From positions 1 to 64,000 of the forward strand of contig JANOQI010000057.1 of NCBI GenBank assembly GCA_031414775.1: a stretch of 64,000 bases of DNA, read 5' to 3'. Shown piece by piece: positions 39,867 through 48,541 of this stretch (its first letter is position 1; every line of letters starts with the position of its first letter). Position numbers and translations under genes: made by a program. The DNA is from Synechococcales cyanobacterium VAR_4_metabat_354 (GTDB taxonomy: Bacteria > Cyanobacteriota > Cyanobacteriia > Cyanobacteriales > Chamaesiphonaceae). The notes below the pieces were generated by a model, which did no database searches, was not told the DNA's origin, and saw only the letters and a program-made list of their open reading frames with translations.

Positions 39867-40692
39867 ATCTGCGATCGGACGAAATATTGCTAACTATGCG
39901 CTCCTAGGTGGCTTAGCCACCTTAACTCTTGCTCCCTTATTGTGGCTTGGTAGCACTGCCCTCAAATCCAGCTCTGAAAATGTCTTTCAGTCGCCACCCC
40001 AGCTGTTACCCAGCGCCCCGACTCTCGATAATTTCGTAGAGGTGTTTCAGAGTAGCAATTTTGGACAGGCTTTGTGGAATAGCTTGGTGGTGGCCGTGCT
40101 CAGTGTTGGCTGTAATTTATTGTTTTGTAGCTTGGCGGCCTATCCTCTGGCCAGACTTCAGTTTTCTGGCAATAAAATTATCTGGGCAATGGTGCTGTCA
40201 ACCCTGATGATTCCTTTTCAAATTGTGATGATTCCGCTTTACATCATCACGGTGCAGCTAGGACTGGTCAATAGTTATCTGGGAATTGTATTACCCAACG
40301 TGGTCTCCGCTTTTGGAATTTATCTGTTGCGCCAAGCTTTTCAAGGGGTGCCCCAAGAACTAGAGGAAGCCGCGCGGCTAGATGGCTGTTCTGACTTGGG
40401 AATCTGGTGGCACATTATGCTACCCGCCATTCGCCCCGCCCTGATTACGCTCTCGATTTTTGTTTTCATTGGAGCCTGGAGCGATTTTCTGTGGCCATTG
40501 ATCGTAGCCAGCGATGAGAATTATTATACTTTGCCCCTAGCAGTCTCCAAGTTGGCAACTGGCGCTTTTGGTTCTAACTGGCGGCTCATAGCAGCAGGGG
40601 CGATCGTATCGATCGCCCCCGTGTTAATTCTTTTCCTGTTTGTCCAGAAATACATTGTGCCCACCGATATCAGCAGCGGGGTCAAAGGCTAA
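39859..40692 (+). CDS. Carbohydrate ABC transporter permease
   Basis: EAA loop ELEEAARLDG and WSDFLWPL. Confidence 0.92.
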   Translation: MSKSAIGRNIANYALLGGLATLTLAPLLWLGSTALKSSSENVFQSPPQLLPSAPTLDNFVEVFQSSNFGQALWNSLVVAVLSVGCNLLFCSLAAYPLARLQFSGNKIIWAMVLSTLMIPFQIVMIPLYIITVQLGLVNSYLGIVLPNVVSAFGIYLLRQAFQGVPQELEEAARLDGCSDLGIWWHIMLPAIRPALITLSIFVFIGAWSDFLWPLIVASDENYYTLPLAVSKLATGAFGSNWRLIAAGAIVSIAPVLILFLFVQKYIVPTDISSGVKG

Positions 40693-41489
40693 GCTGTTTC
40701 ATCCAAGTATTCTTGATTGATAGTATCTTCGCCATTGAGAGGCAATACATTAATAGTTCGAGTTACCATCACAGCTTCATGAGCGTGATAATTTCCCAGG
40801 GTGTTTTTGACCTGGGGCGAATAACGTTCCTGCAAGATATTTTCTAACTGATACAAATAAGCGGTGATCGTTAACCATAGCGCCCAGGTATAGAACTGGA
40901 AGTTATAAGCATCGATGCTAGCTGCCAAGTCCTGAATTCCTGTTGGTGCAAACTGACCCATACAAACATTGGACGAAGTGAACGATTGAACTATTTGACA
41001 GATAGAATTTTCAATTATAGTGGTAATGCTGACCGTGCCTGCAAAAGACAAAAAGATGATCGCTATAGTGGAGATCGCGAACCAAGCAGTTCGGTACGCC
41101 GAACGATTGGAACTCCTTCGCCAAGACATTACTAGCTGATAAAGACCAGCCAAAATCAGGACTGGAATAGCCACATGCATAGTCATGAACATCACAGCTG
41201 CCAATAGCCAACTAAAGGGAAAGCTCATCCAAGTAAACCAAGATAAACCCGATGCTACAACCCTCATGCCTGGCAGCACTAGTGGCAATAGACACAAAGC
41301 TCGAATCCAAGAGGTTTTGGTGGGTAACCAGGCGGTAGATAACTTGATAGGGGATCGACGACGGCGGGGCTGAGGCGAATCTATATCTGGCAGTACAGGC
41401 GAATTCATAAACTGAGAATTGTTTGTAGGCGGTAAACTTGAAGCTGGTAGTTTTATCATTCCCCGTTCCTGAAAATAAGAACACGCCAT
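40689..41489 (-). CDS. Hypothetical membrane protein
   Basis: ORF with about 4 hydrophobic segments; start uncertain. Confidence 0.6.
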   Translation of the reverse strand: MACSYFQERGMIKLPASSLPPTNNSQFMNSPVLPDIDSPQPRRRRSPIKLSTAWLPTKTSWIRALCLLPLVLPGMRVVASGLSWFTWMSFPFSWLLAAVMFMTMHVAIPVLILAGLYQLVMSWRRSSNRSAYRTAWFAISTIAIIFLSFAGTVSITTIIENSICQIVQSFTSSNVCMGQFAPTGIQDLAASIDAYNFQFYTWALWLTITAYLYQLENILQERYSPQVKNTLGNYHAHEAVMVTRTINVLPLNGEDTINQEYLDETA

Positions 41490-41596
41490 ATGTTGAGATT
41501 GTGATAGTTCACAAACCGCTCAATAGATTCTATTTATAAACGAGAGAGGATGTGGTTATGGAGACTACATCCGAGCAACTACTAGGAATTTCTTAT

Positions 41597-42853
41597 TCAA
41601 ATATAACAAGAACTTAATTTCTTTAAACTGGTCAGAGCATAGTTTACGGCTTCTGGCTTAGTACGAATTTTGTTACATACTTGAGCCAGCTGTAGTTCTT
41701 GTAATAACTGACCAACTAGGGGAGACGGTTGTAGAGCTAGGGCTTGCATTAACTCGGTACCATTCAGCAATGGGAGCGGATGAGCAAGGGGATCAGTAGG
41801 ATCTAGATATCGATCAATCAAATGGCTGATCTCTGACAGGGGCTGACCGCTGGCCAAACTCAAAATCACCACCAGGGGAAATACGGCGCCCACTTCTCGG
41901 AACAGGTGATATTGAGCCACCGGCTCCACTGATGATAATTTTGCCAGTTGGGGAAAGCATTTGAGAGCTGTCTGAATCGCTTTGATTTCGGTAATACTGG
42001 CCGTGAGATTAGTCAGCAACTGGCCACTACCGGCAGCGATGGGTTGCAGTAAATAAGCGAGTAAAGCTGCACCGGCACCGGTCATATTAATAGTAGGGCG
42101 CAAATTTTGGTGGAGAATATTGCTCAAGGCTGGATAGGTATGATCGATCAGTTGCAAGGCGGCAACCACCATGTTTAATTTATCTACCAATCTGGAGTCA
42201 CTATAGTTACTATTAATACCAGGTAGCCAACTATCGGATAGTCCAGTCTCCACCACGGCCGCTAATTGGCAGGGATCGCTGAGGCTGCTGCTGATCAAGT
42301 AGCGGATTTCGGCAAAAACTCGCTCGGCGGCGACCTGACTCAACAGCGGGGCTAGTTTTTGAATGGTTCTTTGAGTGGCTGGATCGATCGAGAAGCCCAA
42401 TTGAGCTGCTTGGCGATACCCCCGCAATAACCGCAGGGGATCAGCGGCCAGATTGTCCACCGCAATCATCCGTACCACCCGCTGTTCAATATCGGCCACG
42501 CCTCCCAGCGGATCAACTAGTTGCTGGGTGAGCAGATGGTAGGCAATCGCGTTCATCCGATAATCCCGGCGGTGGAGATCGGACTCTAAGCTACCCCCAA
42601 CCTGCTGAGCAAAGTCTACAGTCATTTCAGAAAATACCAGGCGGGCGATCGATCGATCAGCATCTAGAATCACAAATCCAGCATTATATTGGCTGGCAAT
42701 GGTGCGGGCCAGTTCGATCGCGTCTACCGGTACTACTAGATCTAGATCGATCGGATAACGCTGTCTATTTAATAGAGCATCCCGCACAGCCCCACCAACG
42801 AGGTAAGCATCGGTTGGTAAGAACGCCAAGCTAAAAGGTAAAGGGAATTCCAT
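41597..42853 (-). CDS. tRNA nucleotidyltransferase (class II CCA/poly(A) polymerase family)
   Basis: YLVGGAVRD..DLD, RRDYRMNA and DPLRLLR motifs. Confidence 0.9.
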   Translation of the reverse strand: MEFPLPFSLAFLPTDAYLVGGAVRDALLNRQRYPIDLDLVVPVDAIELARTIASQYNAGFVILDADRSIARLVFSEMTVDFAQQVGGSLESDLHRRDYRMNAIAYHLLTQQLVDPLGGVADIEQRVVRMIAVDNLAADPLRLLRGYRQAAQLGFSIDPATQRTIQKLAPLLSQVAAERVFAEIRYLISSSLSDPCQLAAVVETGLSDSWLPGINSNYSDSRLVDKLNMVVAALQLIDHTYPALSNILHQNLRPTINMTGAGAALLAYLLQPIAAGSGQLLTNLTASITEIKAIQTALKCFPQLAKLSSVEPVAQYHLFREVGAVFPLVVILSLASGQPLSEISHLIDRYLDPTDPLAHPLPLLNGTELMQALALQPSPLVGQLLQELQLAQVCNKIRTKPEAVNYALTSLKKLSSCYI

Positions 42854-43034
42854 AGAATGGCGTTGGAGTAGAATACTTTTAATATCTAGTGAATATTTAG
42901 TGCTAGCAAGGATGATCTGACTTAACTGCTAGCCCACTATACCAATATACAATTTCATCATACAGTCCATGAAAAGTGCATGAAATGATAGCCTTCATCG
43001 GCCACTTGTTCAGAAAATCGCTCTCCAAAACTAA

Positions 43035-43820
43035 TCAACTAGAAGCGCTGGTATAAAAACGCAAAGCAAAACGCCAAAAGCGATTGGCGAGGAACATCAA
43101 TAAAATTGCCAGTCCGATCGAACCACTCAAACTGGCCATATTGACCCGACCCAATAAAGTCTCCGCTGGCACCGTAGTAATAAAAGTCACTGGTACCACA
43201 AAAGTAAAAAAGAACCGATAAGCCACCGGATAAGCCACCAGCGGATAGCGACCGGCTTCCAACAACCCCCGCAACACCTCAGTAACGTTGTAGATTTTGA
43301 CAAACCAAATGCTAGTGGCACCGAGCATAAACCACAGACTATAGAGAATCAAAAAAGCCGCAGTGAGCGGAATCAAGCTCAAAAAGTAATTACTCACCGG
43401 CAAATGAAGTTGATTACCAGCATAAATGACCAACGCTATCCCCAGAAAGACATCCGGCAAACCCCAGGGCGAGATCGATCGAGTAGATAACCAAAACTGA
43501 CTACTCACCGGTTTTAATAGCACAAAATCTAGGGTGCCTTTTTGGATTTGTTCAATGATTTTGCTGAGGTTGGGACTAAGGAAAGCTGCCGACACACCCT
43601 GGAAAAAAGTGAACACTCCCACCACAATCAAGGCTGAAGACCAAGACCAGCCTGGAAACTGATAGCCCCGCTGATAAAACAAGTACAGCCCAAACAAACT
43701 GCCCACAAAGTTACCCACACTGGTGAAGGTTTCGATCCAAAAATTCAGACGGTATTCCATTTCAGCAGCGATCGCCGCTGTCCAAAACCGCTGGATAATC
43801 GAGAGGTATTTGGGAATCAT
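43035..43820 (-). CDS. ABC-2-type transporter permease (DUF990-like)
   Basis: GTLDFVLLKPVSSQF, GRYP and RFYTSASS motifs. Confidence 0.88.
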   Translation of the reverse strand: MIPKYLSIIQRFWTAAIAAEMEYRLNFWIETFTSVGNFVGSLFGLYLFYQRGYQFPGWSWSSALIVVGVFTFFQGVSAAFLSPNLSKIIEQIQKGTLDFVLLKPVSSQFWLSTRSISPWGLPDVFLGIALVIYAGNQLHLPVSNYFLSLIPLTAAFLILYSLWFMLGATSIWFVKIYNVTEVLRGLLEAGRYPLVAYPVAYRFFFTFVVPVTFITTVPAETLLGRVNMASLSGSIGLAILLMFLANRFWRFALRFYTSASS

Positions 43821-43909
43821 GGTAATTAATCGATTTTCGCGGCAGACAACTTAACTGACTACTAACATTGTGCCGGATTATTGTGAAAGCTTACCTCGAT
43901 CGTCATCTT

Positions 43910-43928
43910 ATTGATATTCTTTCTCATA
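43910..43928 (+). promoter_or_regulatory. Putative Fur box
   Basis: ATTGATATT-C-TTTCTCATA, an imperfect 9-1-9 inverted repeat resembling ATTGAGAATnATTCTCAAT, about 60 bp upstream of a feoB remnant. Confidence 0.5.
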
Positions 43929-43987
43929 AAAGTTAAGATACACACATCGCTAGCAACTTAGCAAGGCACTAAGTTAAGATGCCGAAT

Positions 43988-44213
43988 ATGGGCAAGTTAG
44001 CAGGCGTGATTGCTAAAGAAATTGACTGGGTGCAAGCCTTATAGCTTCATGCTATTCACTTTGCTCTACGTACCCTGTCTCTCAACGGTAGCTGTGATTA
44101 AAACAGAATCCAAGAGCATCAAATTTGCCCTGCTCTCAGTTTCTTGGTCGATCGGCTTAGCCTGGGTCGTAAGCTTTTTGTTCTATCAAGGTGCCAGAGC
44201 ATTGGGTTTTTAA
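43988..44213 (+). pseudogene. feoB: C-terminal remnant of ferrous iron transporter FeoB, frameshifted
   Basis: IDWVQA/YSFMLFTLLYVPCLSTVAVIKTES...SFLFYQG matches the FeoB C-terminus. One extra T at ~44039; GTPase domain and most TM segments absent. Confidence 0.8.
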
Positions 44214-44214
44214 A

Positions 44215-44625
44215 ATGGCGACTGTTGGCCAACAAGGTGAAGAATTAGTCGGAGCCTGGCTGCAAACTAAAAATGCTCAGGTTTTGTACTATCGCTGGCG
44301 CAGCCGTCGAGCGGAGATTGATCTGATCGCGCAAAAGCAAGATGGTACAGTGCTTTTTATTGAGGTCAAAACCCGCAGTAGGAGAAACTGGGATGCTAAT
44401 GGATTACTATCGATCGATCATCACAAGCAGTCTAAAATTATCCACGGTGCTCAGATGTTTTTGGGACTTAACCATGCTTTAGCCGAGTATCCCTGCCGTT
44501 TTGATGTCGCTTTAGTCAGCCTAGGCAAAGTAAAAACAGAGGCTTTGTACTCCATTCAGCTAGAGAATGGTAGTTACTTACATTTGCAAAAGTATTTGGT
44601 AAATGCTTTTGACGGAGATGGTTAG
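44215..44625 (+). CDS. yraN: YraN-family (UPF0102) nuclease-like protein
   Basis: GQQGEE, EIDLIA, FIEVKTR and CRFDV motifs. Confidence 0.9.
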   Translation: MATVGQQGEELVGAWLQTKNAQVLYYRWRSRRAEIDLIAQKQDGTVLFIEVKTRSRRNWDANGLLSIDHHKQSKIIHGAQMFLGLNHALAEYPCRFDVALVSLGKVKTEALYSIQLENGSYLHLQKYLVNAFDGDG

Positions 44626-44694
44626 AATCGGCCTAGAACTCAATTACCTAGAGATTAATGAGATACTGAATGTTTGCCCTCCGACTTACTATCC

Positions 44695-45513
44695 ATGCGT
44701 CGAGACACGATCTTTTTCCAACTATTCCAACAGTTACCGACCCTTTTATTTGAGCTACTGCCTCAGATGCCTGATCGGGCTAATGAATATACTTTTGATT
44801 CGGTGGAGGTGAAGGAAACTTCTTTTCGGATAGACGGGGTTTTTATTCCGCCTGATTCGGCAGGAATAGTTTATTTTTGCGAAGTACAATTTCAACCGGA
44901 TGAGTTGCTTTACGAGCGAATGGTCAGCGAGATTTCGATTTACGCTTATCGTCACCGTAGTTTGTTCTCAGATTGGCGAGCAGTAGCGATCTATCCATCA
45001 CGTAGTTTAGAGCAATCAAACAGAGAAATAGTTGCGGAGATACTAGCAAGTGGCAGAATCACGCCGATTTATCTTGATGAGTTAGAACGTGAAGAGGAAT
45101 TACCAATAGGATTGGGCTTAATGGTTTTGACTACGCTGGAAGGCGATCGAGCTACGGCTGAGGCCAGGAGGTTAATCGGACAGGCACAGGGTAGTAGAGA
45201 TATAATTAATCTGGTATCAACGATCGTCTTGTATAAGTTCAATACTCTGAGTAGGGATGAGGTAGATCTGATGTTAGGAATTGAATTGCAGCAAACAAGG
45301 GTTTATAGGGATGCCATAGCTGAGGGCGAGCTTAAAGGAGAACAAGCCCTGATTCTTCGTTTATTAAATCGACAGGTGGGGAATGTTTCGATCGAGGTGG
45401 AGGCTCAGGTGAGAGCGTTACCGTTGTTATTGTTGGAGGAGTTGGGTGAGGCTTTGTTAGATTTTAGTGAAATGTCGGATTTGTTGGCTTGGCTAGGTGC
45501 CGATCGATCGTGA
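44695..45513 (+). CDS. Rpn-family (DUF2887/DUF4351-type) PD-(D/E)XK protein
   Basis: MRRDTIFFQLF, FRIDGVF and EVQFQ motifs; C-terminal LEELGEALLDF. Confidence 0.85.
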   Translation: MRRDTIFFQLFQQLPTLLFELLPQMPDRANEYTFDSVEVKETSFRIDGVFIPPDSAGIVYFCEVQFQPDELLYERMVSEISIYAYRHRSLFSDWRAVAIYPSRSLEQSNREIVAEILASGRITPIYLDELEREEELPIGLGLMVLTTLEGDRATAEARRLIGQAQGSRDIINLVSTIVLYKFNTLSRDEVDLMLGIELQQTRVYRDAIAEGELKGEQALILRLLNRQVGNVSIEVEAQVRALPLLLLEELGEALLDFSEMSDLLAWLGADRS

Positions 45514-45540
45514 GTATATGCTTGTGGGCAATACCCACCG

Positions 45541-46209
45541 TTACTTTTCTACTCTCGCCATAATAAAGCCATCATAGCCTTTACAACCCACAGTTTGTAA
45601 GGCTGTAGCACTAACACGCGGTTCTGCTGCAAGCAATTCACTAAAACGGCGCACACCCTGAACCTTAGCATCTTTACTGTTTGGGTTAATAACCTCACCG
45701 TTACGAACTACGTTGTCTCCGATAATGATTGTACCTATGCGAGATAGCTTGAGCGCCCAAGCCAAATAGTCGGGGTTGCTGGGTTTGTCTGCATCGATAA
45801 AAATGAAATCGAATGACTCGCCACCCTCTGCATCAAGCTTCTGCAAGGATTCCAGTGCGTTGCCCAATCGAAGTTCGACCAAGTGACTAAGACCTGCCCG
45901 TGTGATGTTGGCCTGTGCAACTTCAGCATGTGTTGGATTGGATTCCAGCGTAACTAGGTGACCATTGGTAGGCAATGCGCGTGACAGCCAAATGGTACTG
46001 TAACCCGCCAAAGTTCCAATTTCGAGAATATTGCGTGCGCCTTGAACCTGTGCCAGTAATTGCAGCAATTTACCTTGATTGGGTGCTACATGATGAGAAG
46101 GTAAACCAGCTTCATCGCTGCTTTTAATGGCAGCATCTAATGCTGTATCAGATGGCACTAGCAAATCACAGAAATAGGTGTCAACATTTGTCCACTGCTG
46201 TTGGTTCAT
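45541..46209 (-). CDS. Class I SAM-dependent O-methyltransferase (caffeoyl-CoA OMT-like)
   Basis: LEIGTLAGYS, FIDADK, DNVVR and KGYDG motifs. Confidence 0.9.
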   Translation of the reverse strand: MNQQQWTNVDTYFCDLLVPSDTALDAAIKSSDEAGLPSHHVAPNQGKLLQLLAQVQGARNILEIGTLAGYSTIWLSRALPTNGHLVTLESNPTHAEVAQANITRAGLSHLVELRLGNALESLQKLDAEGGESFDFIFIDADKPSNPDYLAWALKLSRIGTIIIGDNVVRNGEVINPNSKDAKVQGVRRFSELLAAEPRVSATALQTVGCKGYDGFIMARVEK

Positions 46210-46393
46210 TGATACGGTCTCCTAATAACCATCTATGCTGACGGGTTCAGTCTAACATTTCACATAGGGTATTTATGCAGACAGACTCCCAATCTAAACT
46301 AATTTTTCAAGGTATTAAAGCGTCAATTTGGACACTCTAACTATGTATCAGATATTTGTAATCGTTGTGCCAAGCGATCGATCTCAACCAAAC

Positions 46394-47191
46394 TCAAACT
46401 ATTGGCTCCCCAGGCACCAAAATACCTTCCTCATCAAATTTCTTCTTAATCGCCTCTTGCGTCTCAAAATACACATCCCAATAGTCCGAAGTTTTCACCC
46501 AAGGACGCACCGCAAAGCGAATACCAACACTACCCCAATCCAAAATCCCAATCAAAGTCTTCGGCTCCTCTAAAACTCGCCGATCCTGTGCCAAAACATC
46601 TGAGATAACTTTTTTTACTCGATCGACATCATTTTCATACTTAGTCCCAAACACCAAATCGATCCGACGGTAGGGCTGAGCAGAATAATTGGTCAAACAA
46701 TCATCAAACAACTTGCGATTGGGAGCAATCACGGTGCGATTATCAGCGGTAAGTAAAGTAGTGGTAAGAGGATGAATTTTTTTAACTGTGCCTCCAATGC
46801 CCAAACCTTCAATGTAGTCGCCAACTTTAAAGGGTCGCAGCAAAATAATCAAAATTCCAGCAGCAAAGTTAGATAAAGAACCTTGCAAAGCCAGTCCGAT
46901 CGTTACCCCTACTGAACCCAAAATAGCGATAAATGACGCGGTCTGCACCCCTAACTGGCTCAGAGCTACAATCGCTGTCATCGTCACCACAGCGATATAC
47001 ACCAAATTGCTGGCGAATGAGGCCAAGGTGGCATCTATTCTGGCTTTTTGAACAGCTTTACTAACGATAGCTTGGAGAAAGTGGGCGAGCTGGATACCAA
47101 TCATCATGATCAGAAAAGCAGCAATTGCTTTCAAGCCTAAATCAGCAATCCAGGTCTGGAGTTGAGGAAGAATATCTGTTTTATTGTCCAT
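46394..47191 (-). CDS. mscS: Small-conductance mechanosensitive channel
   Basis: GLALQGSLSNFAAG and RPFKVGD motifs. Confidence 0.92.
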   Translation of the reverse strand: MDNKTDILPQLQTWIADLGLKAIAAFLIMMIGIQLAHFLQAIVSKAVQKARIDATLASFASNLVYIAVVTMTAIVALSQLGVQTASFIAILGSVGVTIGLALQGSLSNFAAGILIILLRPFKVGDYIEGLGIGGTVKKIHPLTTTLLTADNRTVIAPNRKLFDDCLTNYSAQPYRRIDLVFGTKYENDVDRVKKVISDVLAQDRRVLEEPKTLIGILDWGSVGIRFAVRPWVKTSDYWDVYFETQEAIKKKFDEEGILVPGEPIV

Positions 47192-47374
47192 AGAAAATGC
47201 AGTTCAAGGGCGAGTTGTCCCACTCTACCCCATACATGACAAATCCGGCAAAGCTGTTAGCTCAAAAGCCTATTCTAGTAAGCAGTTGAGGATTAAGGAA
47301 AGTATTTGTAGTACAAGTTTTAACCAAATCCACTAGAATAATGCAAATGCCATCTTCACCCCACCGCTAGTTTC

Positions 47375-48487
47375 ATGGCTCAGAAATCTGCTACTGCCAC
47401 AACTCGGAAAACCAAATCGGCCAGCACTCGACCGGTTGCTCATGAGGGTCTAGCCCTTTCTGACTTGCGAATTAGACTGGAGTTTCTAGAAAAAAATAAT
47501 GAAAAACTACTCAAGCAAATTAATAAAAAACGTACTGAGCTAGAGAATCTGATCGATCGAATTCAAGAGCTTGGCCGCGAATTAGCTCAGCGCAGTGCGC
47601 CGGTCTTACAACAGCTGTTTGAAATTGACCAACAGATCCATGCCGTTTTTGCCGAGATTTTCAATGGTAGGAAATTGGGTAAACAGACCCGGCAAAACAT
47701 CCAGCGCATCTATCAAAATATGCAGATTTCCGGTCTCATTAGCCCTAATTTGGATGACGCTGGCCAGCCAGATAAAGATGGGATGTTTGATTTTGACATG
47801 GATGATTTCCCTGATTTTGGAGAGGCCGATTCAGAGTGGCCGGGGAATCGATCGATCAATGATTTAGGTGATTCCGCGTCCAAGCCCGATCGAGATGAAC
47901 TGAAAAAAATTCGCCAGTTGTTTTTGCGCTTAGCTGATGTCTTTCACCCGGACAAGGCCGGAGTCGATGCCGATCAGGAATATCACGCCGAGGTGATGAA
48001 GGAAATTAACCAAGCTTACCAAAATGGTGATTTGGCAAAGCTACTGGCGATCGAAAAACAGCATCAGATGGGAGAAATGATCGATCGCGATAACGAAGAT
48101 GATCTAACGCGGCGTTGCGCTCGCGTCGAGCAAGAAAATGAATTTCTCCAAAGCCAGTTTGATAGCCTCAAACAAGAACTACGGCTAGCGAAGAATTCCC
48201 AGGAAGGAGCAATGGCCACAGAACATCGCCAACTAATCAAAGCTGGCATTGACCCGATTAGTGATGCGATTGCTGAAGCCGAAGAGCAATGCCAACTAGT
48301 AAAAGATGTTCACGAATTTGTAGTTAAATTTCGCGATAAACGGATCACCATTAAAGAGTTTTTGCTGGGACCACCCATACTTCAGCAGCCGGATGAAATT
48401 GATATAGAAGAATTATTGATGGAATATTTAGAGTTTTCGGATATGCCACGATACGCCAAAACCCAACCACCACGGCGTAAAAGGTAA
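47375..48487 (+). CDS. Coiled-coil protein with internal J-domain
   Basis: FLRLADVFHPDK...MKEINQAY motif. Confidence 0.8.
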   Translation: MAQKSATATTRKTKSASTRPVAHEGLALSDLRIRLEFLEKNNEKLLKQINKKRTELENLIDRIQELGRELAQRSAPVLQQLFEIDQQIHAVFAEIFNGRKLGKQTRQNIQRIYQNMQISGLISPNLDDAGQPDKDGMFDFDMDDFPDFGEADSEWPGNRSINDLGDSASKPDRDELKKIRQLFLRLADVFHPDKAGVDADQEYHAEVMKEINQAYQNGDLAKLLAIEKQHQMGEMIDRDNEDDLTRRCARVEQENEFLQSQFDSLKQELRLAKNSQEGAMATEHRQLIKAGIDPISDAIAEAEEQCQLVKDVHEFVVKFRDKRITIKEFLLGPPILQQPDEIDIEELLMEYLEFSDMPRYAKTQPPRRKR

Positions 48488-48541
48488 GTAAACGCTGTCG
48501 GTCTCAATATAGTTCTTTGTGACCAAATTGAGGATAACAAC

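Noticed and set aside
41499..41514. CRP/SyCRP1 site TTGTGA-TAGT-TCACAA
   Set aside because: The spacer is 4 nt rather than the 6 nt CRP requires; it could bind another factor but I cannot support that.
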